Of a stretch of DNA of 64,000 nucleotides, positions 31,138 to 43,809 are shown piece after piece. Positions within the stretch are counted from its first letter, which is position 1. The number at the start of each line of letters is the position of its first letter. Both the position numbers and the translations under genes were made by a program. Source of the DNA: Vicugna vicugna (lineage: Eukaryota); assembly GCA_013265495.1 (NCBI GenBank), contig MU058289.1, positions 620,001 to 684,000 on the forward strand. The letters run 5' to 3'. The notes below the pieces were generated by a model that saw nothing but the letters and a program-made list of their open reading frames with translations, searched no databases and had not been told where the DNA came from.

Positions 31138-31693
31138 TGAAGGGGAGGGAAAAATATCTTTGCCTTCCATCCTTCTAGGTTAGAGATTGTTCCATATTTC
31201 AACGTATATCTCTACATCCTGTTTTAAAGAGAGGCATAATGTAACAAAAGACAGATTAACAAAAGAAAAGCATACGAATTTATTTAGCATAAGTTTTATG
31301 TGACATGGGAGCCTTCACAAGTCAAAGGAGACCTGAATAAGCAGCTAAACCTGTATGTTTTCACGCTCAGTTTGATGAAGAGTGGGAAGTCATGGGAAAA
31401 TGTGATAGGACAAAGGGGTATGAGGTCGGTGTGGGAACCTCGGAAACTCAGAAAGGCATGTTCACTCAGATTCCTCTTGGGGGTCCCTCCATCTTGGGGA
31501 CAAGGATTATCCTTTCCTCTGGGTACAGGGAGGGCACTTCTCACATGAGGGCCTTATGACCTCCTTCAAGGGAAGGGCAGGGAGTCCTCCTTGCACCTAT
31601 TTTCTCAAATTCCTTCAAGTTGAAATGTGGTGCTAAGGTTCTGTATTCTGGGGTAGTTGCAGTGCCTGCCATAGTGCGTCCTGAACCCCTCCA
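31138..31693 (-). mobile_element. ERV1-class solo LTR (MER34/MER39-like), 556 bp
   Basis: TG...CA ends with near-inverted TGAAGGGG / CCCCTCCA; 4-bp TSD ATAT at 31134-31137 and 31694-31697. Confidence 0.75.
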
Positions 31694-34289
31694 ATATATT
31701 CATTTTATACACACTTATGTATGCACTATTCCACAATGATACGTTATTAAAACAAGAAAATGTCTCTGAATGATTTGTGAGTGCTGAGGGAATACAGAGT
31801 CAAGAAACAACTGGAGTCTAGGAAGACTGGAATCTAAAGGGAAAAAAAAGTGTAGACGTGCTTGTGTAACGACTGGCAGACGTACTCCAGATCAAATGAA
31901 GCTGACAAAAATGCACCAGCACGGGCCAGATAATTCAGAGGTTTCAAAGGACAGGAGACAAGACACCTGTTCTCTCTGGGGAACGTGCAGGATGAGGAAG
32001 AAGCCAAGAAGTCTCCCCTCACTGTATACTTCGTAAAAGCAACAAACGCAGTGGACTCTATGCCACTCATTAAATAAGATGTAGAGATACATGGTGAAAT
32101 ATGGAACAGTCTCTAAGATAAAGTAAAATGAAAAAAGAAAGTGATAGAGCAGTGTGAACAATACGTTAAAAAAAGAGAGAGAGCGAGCGAGAGATGCTAC
32201 AAATATGTGCTCTTGTATACAAGAAGTGTTTCTAGAAGAAAACTTGAGAAGTAACAGTGGTCACCTCTGGGGACTGATGTAATTTTACTGTATGCCCTTT
32301 TGGACTTTACTAAAAAAAAAATTTTTTTTTTTTTTTGCCAAGAACACTATTACATATTCAAAGGAATAATTTAAAAAACCAAAATGCAAAATAAAACAAA
32401 TAAATACACCAAATCCCCCTGCATTTTAAGGTAGCAGAGCCTGGCCCATGAAGTGGCCCAGAGCTGGCACTTCTCACTGAGTGAATGAAAGGGATTTCCC
32501 ATACATTTACCACACCCTTTTGCCACCCAAAGTGTGGTCCTTCGACCAGCAGTATTAGCATCACTTCAGGGAGCTTCTGATCCAGCTGAAGATAGAGAAA
32601 GTTCTGGATACCACTAGAAATGATGCGCTTAAATTCAGCAAGAAGGAGAAATTCCGTCTGAGTCAGGGTAAAACACACGAACAAGAAACCCAACAAACTG
32701 GGGGAAGTAATTTTTGGGCTGGGCATTGAAGAACTCAAAATGGAACCAGAAAAGAATAACAAACTCACTGGTTACCTTTAGAGGCTGCTGGGAACCAATT
32801 CACTCTTTTGAAAGCTGCTAAATAAAGGGAGGGGACCAAGCATTTATTCTCTTTTCTGTCCGAATTGTACCTCAGAGCAAGCAAATAATTTTTCTTTATA
32901 CAAAGATTTGAAGCTGATAAACGAAGAAGGGATAATAGAATTATAATACTACCATTTGGCAAAATTTAATAAATTAATGGAGCTAGGCTGGCACCAAGGC
33001 TGCTAAAACCATCAGGTGAACCACTGGCAGGGACCTTCAGAGTGCTGGGTCAGGCTGACAATCTGCGGACCCATGGATCTATCCAACAGTCTCAGAAAGA
33101 TAAGGAGAGCCGCCGCTGCAGCTCTGATTCAAGACAAGGGAAAGGTCACCACCTCTGAAGTATTCTCACCAACAATCACCCCCAAATCTGATTAAACCTC
33201 TAGAATCTAAATCTAACCACCAATTTGCGGGGGGAAAAAAAAGTACAGAGGAACCTGGTAAAGGATTCCAGGGAGAAGAAATTAGCAACCCCTCTTTGAC
33301 ACTTCCCATGGGAAATTCTCGATGACTAATAACCCAGTTTCTTCAACAAAAACATCATAGGAAAAAAACAGAAGGTGGGAGAGAAAGAATTTAAAGATAA
33401 AGACAAATTTAAGAAGCATATCATTTAGATGCAATGTATAGATCTTCCCTGTGTCCTGATTTGAATAAATTAACTTTAAAAAAATTATGAGATGATGAAG
33501 GAAATTTGAACAGGCAGGTTGACATTAAGAAATCTTTTTTAAGATGTGAAAATGGTATTGTAGTTATGTTTTTCAAAAAAAGTCTTTATCTTCGAGATAC
33601 ACGATGACAAATTTAGAGATGAAATAATAAACTGGGATTTGCTTCAAAATAACCTAGTGAGGTGAGTAAGTTGGGCTATCTATAGGAAAGAAGATTAGTA
33701 ATTACTAAAGCTAAGTGATTAAATACCTGAGGGTTCATTACACCAGCTTTTTAGGTTTGTCTTCTATTTCGAAATTTTCCATAATAAAAGTTTTCTTAAA
33801 AATATTTTTTAAAAAGCGTACTTTCGTACTTGGGGAGCAAAGGAGAGGACAGAGGAGGGTCCCCTCAGTGGGCAGGGCATTAACACATAACTGGTAGTGC
33901 CGGAGACCGGCTTGGGGATGTAATTCAGCTTGGCTATGGAGTGGGTGCTGAAGGCTGGAAACGCAGGTTGGGTCAGATGTCGGAGGGCCCTGAATGCATG
34001 CAAGGCTGAGAAATTTCCACTCCACCCTGTGGTCAGTGAAGAGATTCCTGCAGGTGGTAACAACCACGGTCACAACAGCAACAACAGCCACTCTTATTTG
34101 GTTCTTATCACAGGCCAGGCTTTTTGCCAAGTGCGTTGCATGTATTAGCTCAGTCCATCCACAAAAGAACGCTGTTAGGTTGGCATCATTATCGCTATCT
34201 CACAAATGAAGAAACTGAATCTCAGAGAGCTGAAGTAATTTGTTTAGGCTCACTCAGCCCAAACAAATTAAAAAAACAAACTAAAGAAA

Positions 34290-34690
34290 GCCTAAACACA
34301 AAGCTACAGAAACAATAAAAAGATCGTGGTTTCCGGGTTTGGGGAGAGGGAGGGAGAAATGAATAGATGGAGCACAGGGGATATTTAGGGCAATGAAATT
34401 ATTCTGTATGATACTGTAGTGGTGGCTACATGTCATTATGCATTTGTCAAAGCCCATAGAATGTACAACATCAAGACTGGGCACTAATGTAAACTATGGA
34501 CTGTGGTTGATAATGATGTGTCTGTGTTGGTTCATCAATTGTACCAAATATGTCACACTGATGAGGGATGTTGAGGGTAGGGGAGTATATGTGTGTGGGT
34601 GGGGAGGGCTATGCGCAAACTCTGTATTTTCTACTCAGTTCTGCTGTGAACCTGAAACTGCTCTAAAAAATAAAGTCTATTAATAAATAC
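34290..34690 (+). mobile_element. Old L1 (L1M) 3' end
   Basis: ...gatactgtagtggtggctacatgtcattatgcatttgtcaaagcccatagaatgtaca...gaacctgaaactgctctaaaaaataaagtctatt. Confidence 0.7.
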
Positions 34691-36539
34691 ATATAAATAT
34701 TATGCTGTTTTTCTGAATTTTGCATTTGTCAACTTTTTTTAAAGTTGCCACTTTTGTGATTTCTTTCCTCGTTGTAAATAAATATTCACTTGTGTACGTA
34801 AAGAGAAAAATCCTAAGCAAACTTAGAAAAAGCCAGGATTAAACTGGCATGGACCTACGACATTACCCCCACCTTCATAGGAGTCCTACAACTTTTGTTT
34901 GCTTTATAAACTGGGGTTTCATGTCAGATTTTGCTGGACAAAATGCTTCCATTTCACAAAAAAAAAAGAAGTTTAGAAATCACTGCTGAGAATGATGGGC
35001 AGCTGCCAAAGTCACGGGAGTCACTATAGCCTGGTGGTTAGAACACAAGTTTTAACATCAGTCAGACCTGGTTTCAAATTCTGTTCCGTCCACTTTACTA
35101 GCGATGTGATCTCTGAGTGGCCACTCCGTCCTGGCCACAGTTTTATCATCTGTAAAGTGAGAACAACACTGATGCTTCATAGGAGTTAAGAAGGCTGAGT
35201 CTAGAAAAATGTAACGTTGTGACAAATGCAAGTTGCAAAATGAAACCTCTGGTGTGAAACCATTAACATAAAGTCTAAAAATACGCAAGGCGATACTATA
35301 TGTTTGTGGCTACATCTACTTGCAGTAAAAGTGTAAACCCTGGTGGGCAGAATTTTCACCACCTTCAGGATTATGTTACCTCTGGGAATGGACGAGAACA
35401 GGATTAAGAAATGTACAATCAGGGCTTCAGCTCTATCTGTAATGCTTAGCTCTTAAAACAAGTCAGAAGCAAATAAGCCAAATTTTTAAGCTGACTAAAG
35501 CCAGGGAATGTGTACCCCAGGCTTTGTTAGTATGGTTTCTCATATGTTTATGCATGTTTGAAATATTTCAAAATAAAATATTTTAAAGCAACAACAAAGA
35601 CACTTGAATTTCAACCTGCCCAGAGCCGTTCAGCCTCGAAGGAATTCTGTGGCCGACAATCCTCACGCTGCCTCCTAAGCCCAGCGGCTCCTGAGAGCCT
35701 GGCTGGCTTCGTTACAACCCCCTGCGACAACGGAGCTGTGGAGGCAGCCCAAGAACTTCAACAGATGAAATGGCCTCAGATGCTTCTGAGAAGTGAACAC
35801 ACAGGCCACCCTTGAGGATTCCCCTCCTATAAGACCTCCCACTGTGTTTCCTGACACCCAACAGATGAACCTACTACATTTCCCAGTGTTCCTCCCTTAA
35901 ACCAGTGACAACCCAAACAAACAAAAGACCAAAAGACAGGCTCCCCCCATCGTCTCCCACTAACAGAATCCTCCCGTTCCTTATATGAACCTGAGTCTCC
36001 CAGACCGGTGACCGGAGGTAATGCTCCTCAGTGCCCCCTCCTGTAGCTGACCCCTTTGGCGTCTACCCTCCTAACAGACTCTCCATCACCCATGGATACC
36101 TAGTCACCTCCCAGGAGCCCTGAGAGCTCCTTTTTTTTTTAATGTCAAATCAGATCATACCATCTTTCCATTCTCGACCCCCAGTGATTTCCCATTACTT
36201 TCAGGATAAACCTGACAGACTTTACAGGCCTCTTCTCCTGTCTCCCTGAATTCCCTGCTCACTGTGGTCCAGCCACCCAACCTCTTTGGGGCTCCTCCTC
36301 AGACAGGCCAAGCTTGCTTTGCCTCCTACATGACTCATCCCCCTGCCCCTTCCCTTGCTCCCTCGCTTCATTTGGCTCTCTTGAGATGACACCTCCTCCG
36401 TGAGACCTTCCCAGTCTGACCATCTTACCTAAAGAATCACCTGCCTTTTTGATCTTCTAATTCTGCTTTATTTTTTGATATCGCTTTTATCACCACCCAA
36501 AACATCTCTACTAAATTGTTATCTTTATAGGACGCAAGA

Positions 36540-36870
36540 GCTGCCCTCTCCAGTGCAGCCATCCACTGTCCACATGTGGTTCTGGAGTGCTTGAAATGTG
36601 CCTAGTCATATCTGAGATACGGGGCAACTGTGACACACACAGACTGATTTTTAAAAGCATTAAAAAGAAAAGAAAAGAGAATACAAATATCTCACTAATA
36701 TTTTTATATTAACTGTTGAAATATATTTGGTTACATTTGGTTATATTTGGTTACAGGAAGTATATTAAATTTAAAATGAATTTTATCTGTTTCTTCTTAC
36801 TTTTTCAAGACTTGGAAAATTTTAAATTACCTATGTGGCTCAAATTCTATTTCTTACATACAGCTGGTCT
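36540..36870. mobile_element. MER3/MER33-like hAT-Charlie element inside an L2 (approximate limits)
   Basis: gctgccctctccagtgcagccatccactgtccacatgtgg...atgtggctcaaattctatttct..cagctg. Confidence 0.55.
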
Positions 36871-37417
36871 AGAAGAAGGTCAGTCTTAAGAAGATGAGAA
36901 CTGTTTTGTTTCCCACTGTATCCCTAGCACAAGTGCCTGGCACACACACAGTAGGCATGCAATAAACACTTGTGAATTGAACGAAGGACCAGCCCCCATT
37001 TATGCCTAAGCCTACATCTGATCATGCACAACCAGGTCTCCTTCAGAGACTGCCAAACAATAACTTTCCTTCACACGTTCCTTCTGAGAGCCGCCTCTCC
37101 AAGGTACTACACAATCCTGGCCCTACAGTGATGACCCCAACATCGCCCACAGGTAAACCTCCCTTCATACTATTCTTTCACTCCCTCTCCAATAGGCAAG
37201 GAACTTTACCTTAAAATCCCCCAGCGCATCTCACCTGATGCCCTGCATTCCTGATATCATGTGTGGTCATGGGGTCACTGTTACAGTCTCAACCAGAAAT
37301 CCTCCCCTCCCATGACAAACCTCCCTCCCTACACACAGCACCCCTCATCACTCATTCCCAGGGCAGCCTCAGTGGAGGCTGACCCGATGGAAAGATCCCT
37401 CAAGACTTCCAATTATT

Positions 37418-37560
37418 GGGGGGAGGGTATAGCTCAAGTGGTAGAGTGCATGCTTAGCATGCTATGAGGTCCTGGGTTCAATCCCCAGTAACTCCCCTAA
37501 GAATAAATAAATAAATAAACCTAATTACCCCCCAAAATTTAAAAAAAAAATTAAAAAAAA
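37418..37560 (+). mobile_element. Vic-1-like tRNA-derived SINE, full length
   Basis: GGGGAGGGTATAGCTCAAGTGGTAGAG (A box)...GGTTCAATCCC (B box), (AAAT)n and A-tail; degenerate TSD aagacttccaattat / gagatttcctattat. Confidence 0.9.
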
Positions 37561-38068
37561 GAGAGATTTCCTATTATCACAGTTCCTCCTTACAGCTTAT
37601 TCTCAGGATAGCCCTCCTCACTAATTCCTAACAGAATGTCTGTGGCTCCTCCCGTATGGAAGCAAGAGCCAGGAAAACTAACTGTTGACTCCTTAAATTA
37701 TCTTCGAATCAGATTATTCAGAGACACAGGGACAGGCTGACTAGATTGAGAAACCAACGTCTCACTCACTGTACAGCTTAAAAGTTGTGTCCCATTACCA
37801 GGCCACCTTGTTATTTCTTGCACATCAAATTGCACAATCATTTTGTCTTGGATATATTTTTGTATAATTCATTCAGTGTAAACCTTTAAGTAATGGCACC
37901 GTTTTTGTAACACATTTTACTTTGGCCTGGATTCATTTCTCAATATGCCTCAAAGAAACCTCCCAAGGTTTCTTCTGACGTCAGAAAAGCTGTCCCTAGC
38001 TTGCTCTGTGCAAAGACCCTGCCCAGGAATAAACCTTCCTCCCCTTGAGGCCCAGATTTGCAGTTCTT

Positions 38069-38649
38069 TTTTTGTTGTTGTTATTGTCCTTAACCACGTG
38101 TGTATGTTTTTTTTTAATTGAAGTATAGTCAGTTTACAATGTTGTCTCAATTTCTGGGGTACAGCACAGTGCTTCAGTCATACCTAAATATACATATATT
38201 CATTTTCATATTCCTTTTCACCGTAAGCTACTACAAGATACTGAACATATTTCTCTGTGCTATACAGTATAAACTTATTTATCTATTTTATATATACCAG
38301 TCAGTATCTGCAAATTTCGAACTCCCAATTTCCATCCCCCTCCCCCTGGCAACCACAAGCCTGTATTCTATGCCTGTGAGTCTGTTTCTGTTTTATATAT
38401 GTTCATTTGTCTTTTTTTTTTTTTTGTTTCCACATTTTTTTTTAGATTCCACATATGAGTGATCTCATATGGTATATTTCTTTCTCTTTCTGGCTTACTT
38501 CACTTAGAATGACGTTCTCTAGGGCCATCCATGTTGCTACAAATGGCATTATTTTATCATTTTTCATGGCTGAGTAGTGTTCCATTGTATAAATATACCA
38601 CAACTTCTTTATCCAGTCATCTGTCCATGGACATTTAGGTTGTTCCCAT
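38069..38649 (-). mobile_element. 5'-truncated L1 3' end with extra 3' sequence
   Basis: ttaattgaagtatagtcagtttacaatgttg...ggacatttaggttgttccca; TSD CAGA(T/C)TTGCAGTTCTT at 38053-38068 and 38650-38665. Confidence 0.85.
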
Positions 38650-38819
38650 CAGACTTGCAGTTCTTATTATCCTCAGTGGAGAAGTCAATTTCCAGTTCCA
38701 ACTTGGCTTCAAACACCAACGCTAACTCCTGGCTGCCCCAGCTCCATAGCCTGGGCGGGATGCCAAGCTTCAAGATTTGGGAATCTCAGCCCTTTGGCTT
38801 TTTGCATGGACCGACATCA

Positions 38820-39125
38820 CAGACCTCAAAGACTGCGCAGCCGCTTCTCTTCTTTCCATACGCACTTCCGGTTTAGAGCTACCCTGCGCGCATGCTCTGT
38901 GGTCTGGCGCCCCTTGCTCGGCTCCTCCCTACCCACTTCCGGTTAAGATGGAGGCTGGCCCCGGAGTGCGCTGCTGACGCCTGAACGCTCCTGTTTTGTT
39001 TGAGCATCTGCACCGGAAGGCATTTTCACGCCTCGCTCGAGGACCACCTCCCCGTTTCTCTCCAGGCAGGCCCTAAAGGGCACATGCGCACTGAGAGAGG
39101 TGCAGAAAAGATGAGAAAGGTGAGA
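38820..39125 (+). promoter_or_regulatory. CpG-rich housekeeping-type promoter with putative first exon; no associated gene recognised
   Basis: ETS CACTTCCGGT 38863-38872 and 38934-38943, ACCGGAAG 39012-39019; NRF1-like 38885-38897 and 39080-39090; YY1-like AAGATGGAGGC 38945-38955; donor AAG|GTGAGA at 39120. Confidence 0.6.
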
Positions 39126-41413
39126 CATAGTTTGAGGGACGTTGAGGCTCCGTCCTGAGGTGGGGGCTTGAGAATCCCCAAATTTTGAGGCAGCGCTGAG
39201 CTCTTCAGAGCCCAGAAGGTGGAGTAGAGGGATGAAAGAGGACTAGAAGAAAAAAGTAAAACTTTTCTTTTAAAATCAATTAAATGTTGAGATAATATAC
39301 TTTAAACATGTTGGCTTAGGTGAAATACATAATTAATTTCGTCTGTTTCTTTTTACTTCTAATGTGACTATTAAAAAATTGAAAATGGCTTACATTGTAT
39401 TTCCATTGGACAGAGCTGGGTTGATAGAAAGATACATTGCAAAGCTCTTAGCCCAGTGACTGACACATAGTAAATATCTGATAAATTCTCTAAACACATT
39501 TTTACAGATTGCTTCCCCTTAAAAAGTTTTCTGCTGGTTATGGAGGATGCAGCGGTGAAAAAAAAATAGAACTGCCCTGTGTGATTCTCAGCTCTAACTG
39601 GGGAGACACACAATAGGTAAGTGAACTCAGAAAGAAGGCACTTTCAGATCATGGTAAATACCTGCTATGAAGGAAACAAAACAGGGGCAACGGAACAGCG
39701 GGAACTGGCAGTGTCTCAGTTACTTAAGGTGTCAGAGAGGGTCTGTCTGAGCTGGTAGCACGTGATCTGAGACCGGAATGACTAACAGAAGGAACTGGCC
39801 CTGAAAGGCCTAGGGGCAGGAGCTCCAGGCAGAGGGAACAGACTTCAGAAGCCTTGAAGTAGGAATGAGGCTTCTGTAATGGAGGAATGAAAAAGAACTC
39901 TTGTGCTCAGGGACACGGCAATAGGAAATGAGCCTGCAGAGGTGGAGGTGTGGTGTCTGCAGGTCACAAGGGCCTAGTGGACTGTGGTCATGGATAGCTG
40001 AAGTGTGATGGGAAACTTTTGCAGCTGTCTCCACCCCATTCTTGCAGAGAATTAAGCCCTATCACTCTAAGGCATCCATTGCATGTCATGAATTAGGTCA
40101 TCTCCTATTGTATTAGACAGAGAATGGTATTAGCCAGTATCATCCTTAGGGAAATTGAGAAAACATTCACTCATGCCATTCTCTGCAGGGCTTAATTCTC
40201 TCCCCAGACCCTGAAAAAGGCTGCATGAGGGGATATTTAGCAAGAGATGTGAAAAATCACTTGGGATGGGATGGGGGCTGAGAGGCAGGAATGGAAGATG
40301 GCGATCAGTGAGGAGTCTTTCTCAGTGACTCAGATGAGAGATGGCAGTGCCTTCCGCTGGTGCTGCAGTAGCTGGTTAGTGAGATGTGAGCATATATCTT
40401 GGAAACTGGAACCATCTGGACCCAATGGATTAGATAGACATGGAGAGGAAAAAAAGGGAAAGGAAGGAGCCAGGGATAACCACTGAGTTTTTGGTCTGAG
40501 CAGGTGGGTAGATGCCAGTGCCGTGTATGTTGATTTGAATTCTGGTCCCAATTCTGCTGGGTGACCCTGAGAAAAATAAGTGACTTACTCTCTGCTGGGC
40601 CTCAGTTTTCTCATCTGTAAAATGGGGGTTGCCATGGAGATTTGATGAGATCATGCATGAAAAGCACAGATCTGGCACGCATTAAGCACTCAAATTGCTG
40701 TTATTATCATCGTGATCATTCCTGCGTGACTAGTGTACTGAAGTAGATAAAAGCATGGACTCTGAAACCAGTCAAACCTGGGTTGAGTCCCTGCATTGTT
40801 TATGTGACCTCGGCAAGGCAATTCACATCTCTGAGCTTCAGGTCCCTCTTCTGTAAAGGGGGCTAATGATAATATCCTCCCTCCAGACGATGTTGTGAGG
40901 ATTCAGTGTGCTTAGCACTCGGCATAGTGCATAGTAATTGCTCAGTAAACAGGGCCTAAATGTTAGAGTAATTAGAATTTTCTTCTGTGTGTGTGTGTGC
41001 ATGTGTCTGGGGAGCAGAATTATTACTTACAATAAGTCTTTATATTTTTATTATGAAATAATATGTGTTCCTTGGGAAGATGCAGACAGTAAAGGATTTT
41101 GTAAAGCAGCTGATAAAAGCTGACCTACCACTCTTTCCCATAACTCCCTAAATAACCACTATGGACTGTTGCATAGCCCTTCTGAATTTCACAGACGCCC
41201 ATTGTGTGCATGTGTGTTACGTCCTTCTTAGGGATGCAGTATAAGGTAGTGGCTGGGAGTTCAGGCTCCAGCGCAGCACAGGTTCTAGTCCTACCCCTGC
41301 CGCTTTATTGCTGTGAGGTATTGGGCAAGTTATTTAACAGTCAACCCAAGTCTCAATTTCCCTTTTTGTAAAAAGAAAAGTCATAACAGTACTGCTGGTA
41401 AAGAGTTGCTGAA

Positions 41414-41983
41414 ACATTGATGGACCTGAGATTGTCATACTAAGTGAAGTAAACCAGAAAGAGAAAGAAAAATACCATATGATATCACTCATATGTGGAA
41501 TCTAAAAAAAAAAATGATGCAAAAGAACTTGTTTACAAAACAGAAACAGAGTCACAGGCATAGGAGACTAACTTACGGTTCCCAATGTGGGGAGAGGGTG
41601 AGGAGGGATAAATTGGGAGTTCAGGATTTTCAGCTACTAATGGCTATGCATAAAATCGATAAACAACAAGATCCTACTGCCGAGCACAGGGAACTATATT
41701 CAATACCTTGTAGTAACCTGTAATGAAAAAGAATATGAAAATGAATATATGTATGTATATGTATGACTGAAACATTATGCTGTACACCAGAAAATGACAT
41801 TGCAAACTGACTATACTGCAATAAAATAAAAAAACTTCATAATAGCCTATAATGAAAAAGAATATGAAAAAGAATATATATATGTATAACTGAATCACTA
41901 TGCAGTACATCAGAAACTTAACATTGTAAATCGACTAGACTTCAATTAAAAAAATAAAATAAAACTTCAAGAAGGGAACAAAG
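41414..41983 (+). mobile_element. L1 3' end with a second L1 3' fragment (41840-41960) in its tail, inserted in a MIR
   Basis: atggacctgagattgtcatactaagtgaagtaaaccagaaagagaaag...; outer TSD GAGTTGCTGAA 41403-41413 / 41984-41994; inner repeat AAAACTTCA 41831-41839 / 41961-41969. Confidence 0.8.
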
Positions 41984-43809
41984 GAGTTGCTGAATAATGT
42001 GTGCAGCACTGTGACTGCATATATGAAGATCTCAGGACACTTAGCTGCTTTTATTATATATACTTATTTTAATGTAATGGGCATGCTGTTTTCTTTATGC
42101 TTTTCTGCAACTGTTTTTTCTTTCCTTTTTTTTATTAACACTTTAGAAGGTTATAATTCCTATGTTTTTTTCCTTTATGCTCTTCTGCAATTTTCTTTGT
42201 TTTTTTTTTACACTTTAAAAAGTTTCAAGTTTTTAAGTTTTCTCTTTTTGTATTGAGGCAAATTGATATATACCAGTATGTAAATTTCAGGTGTATATCA
42301 TTATAATTTGACATCTGTGTACACTACAGAGTGATCACCAGCAAAGGTCTAGTTACCATCTATCACCATACAATTGATCTTGCATCTGTTTCTGTAGCTT
42401 AGTAGGATGTCTTGAGCCTCTTCCCACACCAAAGCTCATCTTGATTTGAGGCAAGGTTAAGGACATGGACCCCTTGTCAACTCCTCATCCCTAAATTTCT
42501 GCTTCAGAGATGCCTTAGCTGCACGTGAGCAACAGAGACCACAGCTTCTGTTGTGTCTGGGTCTCCCAGGCTTTGGAGGCAGGTAATAACCTTATCTCCC
42601 CAGGAGGTGGCAGGCAGACTACAAGAGAGGACAGCGAGTGGCACAAGGAAAGTGTGGGGCCCTTGCAGTCTTGCACTTCTGTGACCTGTGCCCTTGGGAC
42701 TTCTGAGGTTGCATCTTGCATCTTGTTTCCCACAAGGTGGCCACATTCCCTCCTTCTGCTTTTCACTGGGGAGCCTCAAGCAGAGTTCAGACTGTCCCGA
42801 GACCGATCTTGTCTTAGATCCCGAGATCTTGATGCCAGTCTAGAGTATTTTGTAACTGGCTTTATGATTATAGTAGTTTTTTTCTTTTCATCCCCTCCCT
42901 ACTCCATTCTTTTTTTTTTTCTTTGAGAGTCTGCTGTTTATGATAGATGGTTATTTTCATCCCACCTCTCTCTCACCATACACATAATGCTGCTCTTTCA
43001 TTCTGGGACCTATTCCTTCTCCTTCTGGGATCTAAGCACCCTCCTAGTACCAACCTTTTCTCTATGCTTTACTAATTCAAACAGTTCTGCTTTTCTTCTT
43101 TTTCTGTTCTAAGCATGTCACAAAACTCAGACATCCTCTTTGCCCAAAGATCCTTGGATTATTTAACCACATCTGTACTCTGCACCTCTTTTTCTTCTTT
43201 ATGAGAGAGCTCATCTTGTGTTCTTGAGGACCATTTCCTTGAAAGGCGACAAACCTTAAAAGTCTAATTTGCAGTGGAAGTGATGGGAGGGGCCAGATAA
43301 ATGACAGCAGCAGGGGATGAAAGGTCAGGAACAAGGTTGGTGATTTCTTTGGCAGAGGACAGTTCTTGGCAAGGCTCATAACTATATTAGGGCAATAATA
43401 ATAATAATAATAATCTGTTTCCTATCTTGTCCATGGCTATTGTCAGGATTAAATGCGATAAGATTCTGAAACCACTCTGTAACTTGTAGAGCACTTTATA
43501 ATCTGTTAGGTATCATTAGTCAGCAAAATCACTCACATGCTACCCATGCTGTGCCAAGAAGAATACAAGATGGAAAGTCAAGAGACCTGGGTCTGCCACC
43601 AGCTTGTTGAGTATGAGTAGCAAGTTTCCTTCTCCAACAAATTGATCCAGTCATTTGTTGAACACCCACCTGTGTCAAGAATGGTTCTGGGTGCTGGGGA
43701 CGCTTAGCTGAACAAAACAGACAAGTAATCTTGGAACTCACATTCAAGAAGGGAAAACGGGCAATAAACAAGTAAACAAATAACAATAACAAAGAAGAAA
43801 TACTTGAGG

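Noticed and set aside
37418..37495. tRNA gene (also at 22830-22906 and 17620-17692)
   Set aside because: tRNA-like heads continue into AT-rich tails with TSDs, so these are SINEs, not tRNA genes
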